This document shows, piece after piece, positions 20,792-31,120 of a stretch of DNA of 61,103 nucleotides; positions within the stretch are counted from its first letter, which is position 1, and every line of letters begins with the position of its first letter. The DNA is taken from positions 1 to 61,103 of the forward strand of contig DATCVG010000025.1 in the NCBI GenBank assembly GCA_036567085.1. The letters are read 5' to 3'. Position numbers and translations under genes: made by a program. The stretch comes from Candidatus Methylopumilus sp. (GTDB lineage Bacteria; Pseudomonadota; Gammaproteobacteria; Burkholderiales; Methylophilaceae). Under the pieces are notes generated by a model, which made no database searches, was not told the origin of the DNA, and saw only the letters and a program-made list of their open reading frames with translations.

Positions 20792-21490
20792 ATGAATAAA
20801 AATCAATATCGATATTACGATCTAGTCATGGCAGCATTTGTGACGGTATTGATTACATCTAATTTGATTGGACCTGCAAAAATTTCCCAAATAGATGTTC
20901 CATTCTTTGGCGTCATGACTTTTGGCGCTGGTGTTTTATTTTTTCCCATTTCGTTTATTTTCGGAGATATCTTAACTGAAGTTTATGGTTATGCGGCATC
21001 GAGAAGAGTGATATGGGCAGGATTTGCTGCACTTGCTTTCGCATCTTTTATGGCTTGGATGATTGTGGCATTACCACCCGCCCCCTTTTGGCATAATCAA
21101 GAGGCTTATGAAGTTGCTTTTGGTTCAGCTTGGCGAGTTTCTCTAGCGAGCTTAATTGCTTTTGCAGCGGGCGAGTTTGCGAATTCTTTTGTATTAGCAA
21201 AAATGAAAATAATGACGAAGGGTAAATATTTATGGAGTCGTACGATTAGCTCTACTATTGCAGGTGAGGCAATCGATTCTATTTTGTTCTATCCATTGGC
21301 CTTCTACAACAGCGGCGTGATTCCAAATGACAAATTGATTCTTGTTATTATGGCGCAATTTTTTGCTAAAACATTAACCGAAGTATTATTTACCCCAGTC
21401 ATTTACAAAATTATTGGTTTTCTTAAAAAGAGAGAAAATATAGATTATTTTGATACGCGCACTAATTTCAATCCTTTTATTTTTAAATAA
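20792..21490 (+). CDS. yhhQ: Queuosine precursor transporter (YhhQ/VUT family)
   Basis: FPISFIFGDILTEVYG, RRVIWAGF, ASLIAF, LWSRTISST-GEAIDS; alternative start at 20780. Confidence 0.9.
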   Translation: MNKNQYRYYDLVMAAFVTVLITSNLIGPAKISQIDVPFFGVMTFGAGVLFFPISFIFGDILTEVYGYAASRRVIWAGFAALAFASFMAWMIVALPPAPFWHNQEAYEVAFGSAWRVSLASLIAFAAGEFANSFVLAKMKIMTKGKYLWSRTISSTIAGEAIDSILFYPLAFYNSGVIPNDKLILVIMAQFFAKTLTEVLFTPVIYKIIGFLKKRENIDYFDTRTNFNPFIFK

Positions 21491-21511
21491 TATGAATCAG
21501 ATCGATTCTAT

Positions 21512-22531
21512 ATGACGATCGGCCCGTTAATGATTGATGTGGAGGGCCTTACTTTGAAAAGTGAGGACATCAAAAGAATCGTGCATCCGTTGGTGGGTGG
21601 GCTTATCCTGTTTACAAGAAATTATAAAGATACCGTCCAATTAAAAACTTTAACAGATACGATTAGAAAAATAAGAGGCCATGACTTTTTAATAGCTGTA
21701 GATCATGAAGGCGGTCGTGTGCAGAGATTTAGAGAGGGCTTTACAACTATTCCTGCGATGAGAAAGTTAGGGGAAGTTTGGGATAAAGATCCTAAAAGAG
21801 CTAATCACTTAGCTTTTTTAATTGGCCAAATTATTGCTACTGAATTAAGAGTATTTGATATCGACTTTAGTTTTACGCCAGTTTTAGATATTGATTACAA
21901 CGAAAGTACCGTGATTCGAGATAGAGCTTTTCATCATGATATTGAAGCGATCAAGGCTTTGGCATCGAGTTTTTTGGGGGGGCTAAAAGAGGGTGGCATG
22001 CACGGGGTTGGTAAACACTTTCCAGGACATGGGTATATCAAAGCTGATTCACATTTAAGTGTTTCTGAAGATGAAAGAATATTTGATGAGATTGCTTCTA
22101 AAGATATGAGTATTTTTATCTCATTGATCAAGCACGGATTAAATGCAGTTATGCCATCCCACGTCCTTTATTCTGCAGTAGATAAACATCCCGCAGGATT
22201 TTCAAGTTTCTGGCTTAAAGAACAATTAAGAGAAAAATTTCATTTTAAAGGCGCTATTTTTAGCGATGATATGAGCATGAAAGGTGCCATACTTGGCGGT
22301 GAAATGAAAGATAGGATTTTAAAGGCCCTCGAAGCTGGATGCGATATGATCTTGTTATGTAACAGTCCCCAGCTGGTTGATGAGGTCTTACTTCATTTAG
22401 ATTGGAAAATATCATCAGAGAGTATTTCAAGACTTCTTTCAATGAAAGGCACTAAAGATCCTGCTGAAGCCTTAAAAATGATCCAAGAAAAATGTTTCAA
22501 AGAGATGACAAGTCAAATCATGGCTATGTAA
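21512..22531 (+). CDS. nagZ: Beta-N-acetylhexosaminidase NagZ (GH3)
   Basis: AVDHEGGRVQRF, KHFPGHG-x4-DSH, FSDDMSM. Confidence 0.96.
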   Translation: MTIGPLMIDVEGLTLKSEDIKRIVHPLVGGLILFTRNYKDTVQLKTLTDTIRKIRGHDFLIAVDHEGGRVQRFREGFTTIPAMRKLGEVWDKDPKRANHLAFLIGQIIATELRVFDIDFSFTPVLDIDYNESTVIRDRAFHHDIEAIKALASSFLGGLKEGGMHGVGKHFPGHGYIKADSHLSVSEDERIFDEIASKDMSIFISLIKHGLNAVMPSHVLYSAVDKHPAGFSSFWLKEQLREKFHFKGAIFSDDMSMKGAILGGEMKDRILKALEAGCDMILLCNSPQLVDEVLLHLDWKISSESISRLLSMKGTKDPAEALKMIQEKCFKEMTSQIMAM

Positions 22532-22613
22532 AATAATGCAAATGAATGTTGAAACTATTTAGTAGGTTATATAATCTATACAAAGTATTAAAAACTTCTT
22601 AAAGAGGAAAAAT

Positions 22614-23297
22614 ATGGAAAATGTAAGAATTGAAAGTCAGTCGCAATCAACACTAGCGACAAATAAAGTACTAAGAAATACTTATGCTTTACTTGGTTTA
22701 TCCCTCATTCCAACAACAATTGGTGCATACATAGGCATGAGCATGAACTTTTTATTTGCTCAACAACATCCTATTATGTTTGCCATTATGCTTATGGCCG
22801 GTATTTTTGGTTTATTTTTTGCAATTCAAGCAAATCGGAATAATAGCCTAGGCGTTATTTTGCTATTAGCGCTTACTTTGTTCTTAGGTGTGATGTTAGG
22901 CCCAATTCTTCAAGTAGCTTTTAATCTAAGTAATGGCGCTCAAATCGTTGGTCTTGCTGCAGGTGGTACAGCAGCTATATTTCTAACTCTAGCGACGATC
23001 GCAACTACTACCAAAAAAGATTTTAGCTTTATGGGAAAATTTTTGATGATTGGTATCATTCTACTTATCTTAGCTTCTCTAGCTAATTTATTTTTCCAAG
23101 TGCCTGCGATGGCTTTAGCTTTATCTGGAGTTGCAGTTTTATTATTTTCTGGGTTCATTCTTTATGACGTAAGTCGCATTGTAAATGGCGGAGAAACAAA
23201 CTACATTATGGCAACTTTGGCGCTTTACATGAATATCTATAATTTGTTTGTTAATTTGCTTCAATTATTAATGGCTATTTTAGGCAATAGAGACTAA
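22614..23297 (+). CDS. yccA: Bax inhibitor-1/YccA family membrane protein
   Basis: NKVLRNTYALL, about 7 TM helices, GGETNYIMAT, IYNLFVNLL; SD GAGG. Confidence 0.92.
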   Translation: MENVRIESQSQSTLATNKVLRNTYALLGLSLIPTTIGAYIGMSMNFLFAQQHPIMFAIMLMAGIFGLFFAIQANRNNSLGVILLLALTLFLGVMLGPILQVAFNLSNGAQIVGLAAGGTAAIFLTLATIATTTKKDFSFMGKFLMIGIILLILASLANLFFQVPAMALALSGVAVLLFSGFILYDVSRIVNGGETNYIMATLALYMNIYNLFVNLLQLLMAILGNRD

Positions 23298-23308
23298 TCG
23301 TTTGATTG

Positions 23309-23346
23309 AAAGAAAAAAGCCGTAGTTTTCTACGGCTTTTTTCTTT
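23309..23346. terminator. Bidirectional rho-independent terminator between yccA and tadA
   Basis: AAAGAAAAAAGCCGTAG-TTTT-CTACGGCTTTTTTCTTT: perfect 17-bp inverted repeat with U-tracts on both strands. Confidence 0.88.
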
Positions 23347-23791
23347 TTGAAAGAAAGAAATCTTTTAGTATTTGACTACATTCTTTTTCTAAAATACCAC
23401 CTAAAGCTTCTGCATGATGGTTAATTTCCTTAATGCTTATTAAATCAATCATGCTTCCACAAGCGCCAGTTTTTGGATCAGGAGCGCCATAGATAATTTT
23501 ATCAATACGTGCATGTTGAATAGCTCCAACGCACATAGCGCAAGGCTCCAATGTCACGTAAATCGTGCAATCTTTTAATCTATAATTTTTGATAGCCCTA
23601 GCAGCTTCTCTGATGGCATTTATTTCAGCGTGTGATGTAGGATCATAATCACCAATAGATGTATTCATACCTTGACCGATTATTTTGCCATCCAGAACAA
23701 CTAGAGCACCGACAGGTACTTCATTTTTTAATTCAGCTTTTTTTGCTAGCTCTAGAGCTAGTTTCATAAACTTAAGATCTTCATCTATCAT
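23330..23791 (-). CDS. tadA: tRNA adenosine-34 deaminase
   Basis: EVPVGA, DPTSHAE, TLEPCAMC, DPKTGACGS. Confidence 0.95.
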   Translation of the reverse strand: MIDEDLKFMKLALELAKKAELKNEVPVGALVVLDGKIIGQGMNTSIGDYDPTSHAEINAIREAARAIKNYRLKDCTIYVTLEPCAMCVGAIQHARIDKIIYGAPDPKTGACGSMIDLISIKEINHHAEALGGILEKECSQILKDFFLSKRKKP

Positions 23792-23799
23792 GAAGTGGT

Positions 23800-24267
23800 T
23801 TATTTTCTTTTGGGATCAGATATTGTCGTTTTGAAACGAAGCACTAAAATATAGAGTAAGCCAATTAAAAATGCACCTCCAACCCAAATACCGATTTCTT
23901 CAAATGTTGGTGTTGAATCTTGAACGGGAAGTACAATGAGTTTTCTTAGGAAAAGAACCATCACAACTTCAATAAAGGTTTCAACTTCTAATTTACTTCC
24001 ATTGAGGTAGCGCATTTCGGCAGAAATAAGGGCCGATATCGACCAAAGAAGCATTAAAGTGCCTAGTGCATGAATAAAGCCATGAATTAGATTATGGGCA
24101 TTTGCTGCAGCATTGATTTCATTAAAGAAAAGCCAAGTGAACATAACAATAGACGTCGCTAGGGCAAGACCAATAATAATATGGGCGAATCCATTTAAAT
24201 AAAGCATTGCTTTAATAGCAAATCGATTAATGCCTTTGAATTCGGAAGGAAGTTCAGTTTGAATCAT
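23800..24267 (-). CDS. PsiE-like (phosphate-starvation-inducible E family) membrane protein
   Basis: Start reassigned to ATG 24267 (SD AAGGA upstream); four TM segments, LMLLW-x-L-x-E and FIEV-x-LRKLI pattern. Confidence 0.65.
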   Translation of the reverse strand: MIQTELPSEFKGINRFAIKAMLYLNGFAHIIIGLALATSIVMFTWLFFNEINAAANAHNLIHGFIHALGTLMLLWSISALISAEMRYLNGSKLEVETFIEVVMVLFLRKLIVLPVQDSTPTFEEIGIWVGGAFLIGLLYILVLRFKTTISDPKRK

Positions 24268-24352
24268 CAAGGAATCCTTATTATTTAATTTGAACGAAGT
24301 GAAAACTATCTTTATTATAGAGACAACTTTAAATATAAAGATAGCACTCTTA

Positions 24353-24949
24353 ATGAAAAAACCAGCCATTACTGAACAACCTATTCATTCAATTCTAAGC
24401 GATAGATGGAGCTCTAGGGCTTATGATCCGGATCAGTTGGTCTCCCAAGAATCGTTTTTATCTCTTATGGAGGCTGCAAGATGGAGTCCTTCGTGTATGG
24501 GAGAGCAGCCTTGGCAATTTATTACATTCCATAAGAAAGATGCGACTTCCTGGACGCAAGCGCTTAATTGCTTATCTGTGAGCAATCAAAATTGGGCTAT
24601 GGATGCATCCATTTTAATTTTGGCTTGCGCCCGTCAAAGCTTCTCGAGTAATGAAAAACCTAATCGATGGAACCAGTTCGATACGGGAGCTTCTTGTGAA
24701 AATATCTGTCTTCAAGCTACAAGTATAGGTTTAGTGGCTCATCAAATGGGCGGATTTGACGTTGAAAAAACTAGACAATTATTTCAAATTCCAAGCCAGT
24801 ATGATTTAATGTCCTTTATTGCGATTGGTTACCCACTCGCTATAGAGAAAATTAGTGCTGAAGCGTTAGTTAGAGAAAAAGAAGCGAGAAAGCGTAAGCC
24901 CTTAAGAGAGATTTTTTATACCAATCAATGGGGTGAGAAGTCTTTATAG
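24353..24949 (+). CDS. Nitroreductase family protein
   Basis: Start reassigned to ATG 24353; RWSSRAY, EAARWSPS-x-GEQPW, DTGA-x-N-LQA, HQMGGFD. Confidence 0.92.
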   Translation: MKKPAITEQPIHSILSDRWSSRAYDPDQLVSQESFLSLMEAARWSPSCMGEQPWQFITFHKKDATSWTQALNCLSVSNQNWAMDASILILACARQSFSSNEKPNRWNQFDTGASCENICLQATSIGLVAHQMGGFDVEKTRQLFQIPSQYDLMSFIAIGYPLAIEKISAEALVREKEARKRKPLREIFYTNQWGEKSL

Positions 24950-24979
24950 TTTTTTAACCGAATAGAACTGGGATACCAA

Positions 24980-25369
24980 ATGCCAACAGTCAAGCTTACA
25001 AAAAAGAACTTTAAAAAAACAATCGAAGAAAATGATTTTGTGATTGTTGATTTTTGGGCCCCTTGGTGTGAGCCTTGCGTTGAATTTACCCCTATATTTG
25101 AGGCAGCTTCGAATAAAAATAAAGACATTATATTTGGTATGGTAGATATCGAAGCCGATCCAGAAATTGGTGAGTATTTCCAGGTAGATAAAATTCCAGG
25201 CCTTCTGATCATCAGAGAGCAGGCTGGTATTCATACCCAAATCGGACAAATCGGGGCATCAGCGCTTGATGAAATTATCACGTGGGCGAGAGACCACGAT
25301 ATGTCAACTGTAAGAGATTATTATGAAAGAGAAGCCAAAGGGGAATTTAAGGCTGCCCGAGAAAAGTAG
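24980..25369 (+). CDS. Thioredoxin family protein (WCEPC)
   Basis: IVDFWAPWCEPC, cis-Pro loop KIPG. Confidence 0.9.
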   Translation: MPTVKLTKKNFKKTIEENDFVIVDFWAPWCEPCVEFTPIFEAASNKNKDIIFGMVDIEADPEIGEYFQVDKIPGLLIIREQAGIHTQIGQIGASALDEIITWARDHDMSTVRDYYEREAKGEFKAAREK

Positions 25370-26312
25370 TCGGATCGACTGATTGACCTTGTTTTCTAAT
25401 TTCAAAGTGCAGTTTCACTTTATCTGTTCCAGAATCTCCCATTGTTGCAATTTTTTGACCCTTTAGAATCACCTGACCTTCTTTAACGAGAAGTTCTTTG
25501 TTATGGGCATAGACAGACAAGTAAGAATTATTGTGTTTAATGATCACAAGTTTGCCATACCCTTTAAGATCTTCACCACTATAAATAACTTTGCCCGGCC
25601 CAGCCGCTTTAATTTCCTGACCGAGTACTCCTAAAATATCGATTCCTTTTTGCCCTTGTGCTTCATTAAAAAGATTTTCTAATTTGCCTTTGGTAGGCCA
25701 TTGCCAATCCACTTTATCTTCTAAAAAAAGAGACGCACTTTCTTTTTGTGTTGCGGACGAAGTATTATTAGTTGTTTGTGTTTGAGTTGCAACTTCCTTT
25801 CGGTTATACGCTTCTTCTGTATATTTCTCTCTATAAGCTTTTGGATTTTCTATATGTGCAACACTCCCTGATACTGGTTTTGTTTGAGGCTGAGCTTCTG
25901 TATTTGCAATAGCTTCTTCATTATTTTTCAATGGTGAAGTGACAACCTCTTCATTTTTTTTAATTTCATTAGAAGTTGTAACGGGATTATTTGTTTTAAC
26001 TTGGTCAAATTTTATTTTGTCACCTACTTTGATAGCATAGGGCTCTTTAATATCATTTGCTTGAGCGACTTCTTTGTAATAGAAGCCACAATCAAGACTT
26101 AAGCTATAAAGCGTATCACCTGGTTTGACAATATAAGTATCAGGACATGGTTGACTAGAGTCTCTTTTCACTTTTGCGACAGGTTTTTTTTGTAATACTG
26201 TGGATTTCTCAGAAGCTATTCTTTTTTCAGTCACTGGCGCTGGTGCATTAGATGCACAGCTAGCAATTAAAGAAGCTAGCGCCAAGTAAAAAATAAAAAA
26301 ATTTAATCTCAT
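25347..26312 (-). CDS. nlpD: LysM/M23 lipoprotein NlpD
   Basis: Lipobox LIASC, Lys[12 protein letters not shown]23 WQWPTKG, GIDI, LSVYAHN, LHFEIR; downstream of surE. Confidence 0.92.
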   Translation of the reverse strand: MRLNFFIFYLALASLIASCASNAPAPVTEKRIASEKSTVLQKKPVAKVKRDSSQPCPDTYIVKPGDTLYSLSLDCGFYYKEVAQANDIKEPYAIKVGDKIKFDQVKTNNPVTTSNEIKKNEEVVTSPLKNNEEAIANTEAQPQTKPVSGSVAHIENPKAYREKYTEEAYNRKEVATQTQTTNNTSSATQKESASLFLEDKVDWQWPTKGKLENLFNEAQGQKGIDILGVLGQEIKAAGPGKVIYSGEDLKGYGKLVIIKHNNSYLSVYAHNKELLVKEGQVILKGQKIATMGDSGTDKVKLHFEIRKQGQSVDPTTFLGQP

Positions 26313-27058
26313 TTAAAGTTATTCATCCATGTTTTTAAATCATTAATTTGATTATGCCTTGTAAGATCTGCATGAATAGGAGATACAGATACAAAATCAT
26401 GAGCCACTGAATAAAAATCAGTACCTTCCCCACCGTCGTTTGGAAGACCTGCAGCACCCACCCAATATAAAATATTGCCATCAGTATCTTCTGTTTTATT
26501 CACGGGTTCTGCTTTATGTCTTTTTCCAAGTCTTGTAATGTGTATGCCTTGAATTTTTTCTAAAGGGATGTCGGGGACGTTAATATTTAATAGTATCGGA
26601 TCTTGAAGTTTATTTTTTTGGTAATGTAAAATCAGATCAACTGTAATAGATGCAGCAGTTTCAAAATGTGTTGCTTCATGCTGCGACATTGATATAGCAA
26701 AAGAAGGGATATCTAATAAATAACCTTCCATCGCTGCTGCGACTGTGCCAGAGTAGATTGTGTCATCACCCATATTGGCACCATTATTAATACCTGAGAT
26801 CACCATATCTGGTATCTTGTCTAATAATCCTGTTAAGGCTAAATGTACGCAATCCGTGGGTGTGCCATTGATATGATAATAATCTTTTTCAACTTCTGTC
26901 ACTTTAAGAGGGCGGTCAAGCGATAGAGAGTTGCTTGCGCCGCTTCTATTGCGATCAGGCGCGACAATTGTGACATGTGCGATTTTTTTTAAATAGCTTG
27001 CAAGTATTTTAATGCCTGGCGCATCATAACCATCATCATTAGATAAAAGAATATTCAT
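26309..27058 (-). CDS. surE: 5'/3'-nucleotidase SurE
   Basis: [40 protein letters not shown]. Confidence 0.97.
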   Translation of the reverse strand: MNILLSNDDGYDAPGIKILASYLKKIAHVTIVAPDRNRSGASNSLSLDRPLKVTEVEKDYYHINGTPTDCVHLALTGLLDKIPDMVISGINNGANMGDDTIYSGTVAAAMEGYLLDIPSFAISMSQHEATHFETAASITVDLILHYQKNKLQDPILLNINVPDIPLEKIQGIHITRLGKRHKAEPVNKTEDTDGNILYWVGAAGLPNDGGEGTDFYSVAHDFVSVSPIHADLTRHNQINDLKTWMNNFK

Positions 27059-27059
27059 G

Positions 27060-27395
27060 TTACGGATGATTAGCTTTCACATAAAACGCTACACATAAAA
27101 AAAATACAATGCTTAAAAAAACTTCAAGAAGCGCTATTTTAGATGATAGACCTTGATCAGAATAGGATCTCACAACGCCTTCAATAAAATAAATTAAAAT
27201 CAGCATACCTGACCATTTGTAAGTATAAATTTTCCCCTTAAGAATGCCCATCAGCGAGATGAGCAGCGGTATGATTTTAAGAACTAACCATGAGCTCTGA
27301 TTTTTAAGGGGCGCTAAAAATAATTCCCAAGAGCATAAAAGAAAAATAAGGCAGATTAAGCTCACAGAAGCTCCTAATTGGAGATAATTTTTCAT
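27060..27395 (-). CDS. DUF2069 family membrane protein
   Basis: Start reassigned to ATG 27395 (ATGA overlap with wrbA stop); [10 protein letters not shown]-x-[15 protein letters not shown]; typical wrbA neighbour. Confidence 0.8.
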   Translation of the reverse strand: MKNYLQLGASVSLICLIFLLCSWELFLAPLKNQSSWLVLKIIPLLISLMGILKGKIYTYKWSGMLILIYFIEGVVRSYSDQGLSSKIALLEVFLSIVFFLCVAFYVKANHP

Positions 27396-27984
27396 GCTGA
27401 AAGCTTGAGCGCGGTTTCGGCTAATCTTTTTCCCATCGCAAGACATATTTTTTTTTCATCTTCAGATATAGGCGCTTTATTTGATTCTCCTGCTACGTGG
27501 GATGGTCCGTAAGGCGTGCCACCAGTTTTGGTGCTACTTAATTCCGGCACTGAATATGGAACACCCACAATGACCATACCTAAATGAAATAATGGAAGTT
27601 GCATACTAAGCAGTGTAGATTCATTACCGCCATGGTGAGAACCTGATGATGTAAATACACAAGCAGGCTTCCCAATAAGACTTCCATTTAACCATAAAGG
27701 TATAGTGCTATCGATAAAATATTTAAGAGGTGCCGCCATGTTACCAAATCTTGTGGGGCTTCCCAAGGCAAGACCAATACACTCCTCAAGGTCTTTGTGT
27801 TCAACATAAGGAGGACCCTCGCTAGGAATATTGTCTTCTAAAGTCATAATGGTAGACGTGATTTTTGGGACAGTTCGAATCCTCGCTTTTACACCAGGAA
27901 TAGACTCAATACCTCTCGCAATAAATGTGGCCATTTCTCCGACAGCACCTCCATGAGAGTAGTAAAGAACTAAAACTTCTTTCA

Positions 27985-27985
<1 letters not shown>
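27392..27985 (-). CDS. wrbA: NAD(P)H:quinone oxidoreductase WrbA
   Basis: LVLYYS, GSPTRFGNMAA, HGGNESTL, GGTPYG. Confidence 0.94.
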
Positions 27986-29364
<1,379 letters not shown>

Positions 29365-29386
29365 CTATGAGATATATATTGTTATT

Positions 29387-30226
29387 TTAACTCGTTTTTG
29401 CTTCAATTTCATAGGAACCCTGGCCGTTAAGCCCTAATTGCTCGCTTAAGTAAGGCATGATTTCCTCTAATTGTTCTTTCAGTTTCCACGGTGGATTAAT
29501 AATAAAAAGATAGCTACCAAACATACCAATATCATCAGTAGGTTTAGCAATCGAGAGACTTACATAAAGCCATTTTTTAGCATTTAATTTTTGAAGTTGG
29601 TTAAGCATAGCTAAGGGTTCACTTCTATCAATCAAAGGGCACCAACACATATAAATGCCTGTTTCAAAACGCTTCAAACTATCTTTTAGAGAGCCCACTA
29701 CTTTAAGGTAATCATTTTTAATTTCATAAGAGGGGTCTGTTAAGACAAGTGCTCTTTTTGGAGGTGGCGGAATGAGTGCTTTAAGTCCATGAAAGCCATC
29801 TTCACCATAGATTTTAGTATTTTGTTTTTTACCCAAAGTATGAATTAATGAAGTTAAATCAGTGGGATGTAATTCAAAAAGTCTGATTTTATCTTCATTA
29901 GATAGAATTTGGCTCGCAATCCAAGGAGAACCGGGGTATTGTTTTAATTGATCACCGCCATTGAGATTCCGGATAATTTCTATATATTTTGCTAAAGCCA
30001 ATGGCTTTTTTTTATCATGAAAAATCTTATCTATGCCATTTAGGTGCTCAGATGTTTTGTTGGAAAATTCACTTTCAAGCGAATACTTACCTGCTCCTGC
30101 GTGCGTATCAATAAACCAATAGGATTTACTTTTTTGTTTGAGGTAATCTAAGATCAGCGTTAGTACAATATGTTTTAACACATCAGCATGATTACCTGCG
30201 TGAAAGCCGTGACGATAACTAAGCAT
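29387..30226 (-). CDS. rlmJ: 23S rRNA (adenine-2030-N6)-methyltransferase
   Basis: MLSYRHGFHAGNHADVLKH, DTHAGAG, YPGSP, DPSYE, INPPW. Confidence 0.95.
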   Translation of the reverse strand: MLSYRHGFHAGNHADVLKHIVLTLILDYLKQKSKSYWFIDTHAGAGKYSLESEFSNKTSEHLNGIDKIFHDKKKPLALAKYIEIIRNLNGGDQLKQYPGSPWIASQILSNEDKIRLFELHPTDLTSLIHTLGKKQNTKIYGEDGFHGLKALIPPPPKRALVLTDPSYEIKNDYLKVVGSLKDSLKRFETGIYMCWCPLIDRSEPLAMLNQLQKLNAKKWLYVSLSIAKPTDDIGMFGSYLFIINPPWKLKEQLEEIMPYLSEQLGLNGQGSYEIEAKTS

Positions 30227-30301
30227 GAATAGAGGTCATGATGAACATGGGCTATTATAGGGTTTATAAATAAAATACGTGAATTCTCACGATATAAAAT
30301 A

Positions 30302-30934
30302 ATGACACAATATAAAGAAGACTGTAGAGAATGCCCTCGGCTTGCTACATTTTTAGATCAAGTTAAATTGGAGCAACCCAGTTATTTTTGTAAGCCAGTA
30401 CCACCATTTGGTGACACATCAATTCGTTTATTGATTGTGGGTTTAGCCCCAGGTATGCATGGAGCGAATAGAACAGGCAGGCCGTTTACGGGTGATTATG
30501 CAGGGATTCTTTTATATAAAGCATTATTTCACTTTGGGTTTTCCAATCAACAAGAGTCAACTGCAGCAGATGACACATTAAGACTGATTGGTTGCAGAAT
30601 TACAAATGCAGTGAAATGTTTACCTCCGCAAAATAAACCTGAACCTAAGGAAATAAAACAATGTAATCACTATTTAAAATCAGAATTAACTTCACTCCAA
30701 CCCCATACATTTGTACTGGCTTTAGGAAATATTGCGCATCAATCTGTTCTTTCAGCTTTTGAATTAAAAAAATCTGACTATTTATTTTCACATGGCGCTT
30801 GCCATGCTTTACCTAATCAATTAGTTTTGTATGATAGCTATCATTGCAGTCGATACAATACTCAGACAAAAAGACTTACCGAAGAAATGTTTTTTAATGT
30901 TTTTCAATCAATCAAAAAAGAAATGGAGAGTTAA
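30302..30934 (+). CDS. Uracil-DNA glycosylase, family 5 (UdgB-type, Fe-S)
   Basis: CRECPRL, GLAPGMHGANRTGRPFTGD, NAVKCLPPQNKP, YHCSRYN. Confidence 0.92.
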   Translation: MTQYKEDCRECPRLATFLDQVKLEQPSYFCKPVPPFGDTSIRLLIVGLAPGMHGANRTGRPFTGDYAGILLYKALFHFGFSNQQESTAADDTLRLIGCRITNAVKCLPPQNKPEPKEIKQCNHYLKSELTSLQPHTFVLALGNIAHQSVLSAFELKKSDYLFSHGACHALPNQLVLYDSYHCSRYNTQTKRLTEEMFFNVFQSIKKEMES

Positions 30935-30936
30935 AT

Positions 30937-31116
30937 ATGCCTTATATCAATATTAAATTAGCAGGAACATTAAACCGTGATCAAAAGGAAACAATCGCAA
31001 AAGAAATCACGACACTTATGGAAAAAGTAGCTCACAAGCCAGCTTCATACACATACATTGTATTTGATGAAGTTAAGGGCGAAGATTGGTCTGTGGGAGG
31101 CAGTTTGTTAGGCTAA
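30937..31116 (+). CDS. 4-oxalocrotonate tautomerase-family protein (59 aa, absent from ORF track)
   Basis: Own translation MPYINIKLAGTLNRDQKETIAKEITTLMEKVAHKPASYTYIVFDEVKGEDWSVGGSLLG*; Pro-1, QK-x-I-x-IT, E-x-W-x-GG; SD GGAG upstream; fills the udg-uvrC gap. Confidence 0.9.
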   Translation: MPYINIKLAGTLNRDQKETIAKEITTLMEKVAHKPASYTYIVFDEVKGEDWSVGGSLLG

Positions 31117-31120
31117 TTAA

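Noticed and set aside
20740-20800. preQ1 riboswitch upstream of yhhQ
   Set aside because: No intergenic space (it abuts the YkuD gene) and no recognisable aptamer.
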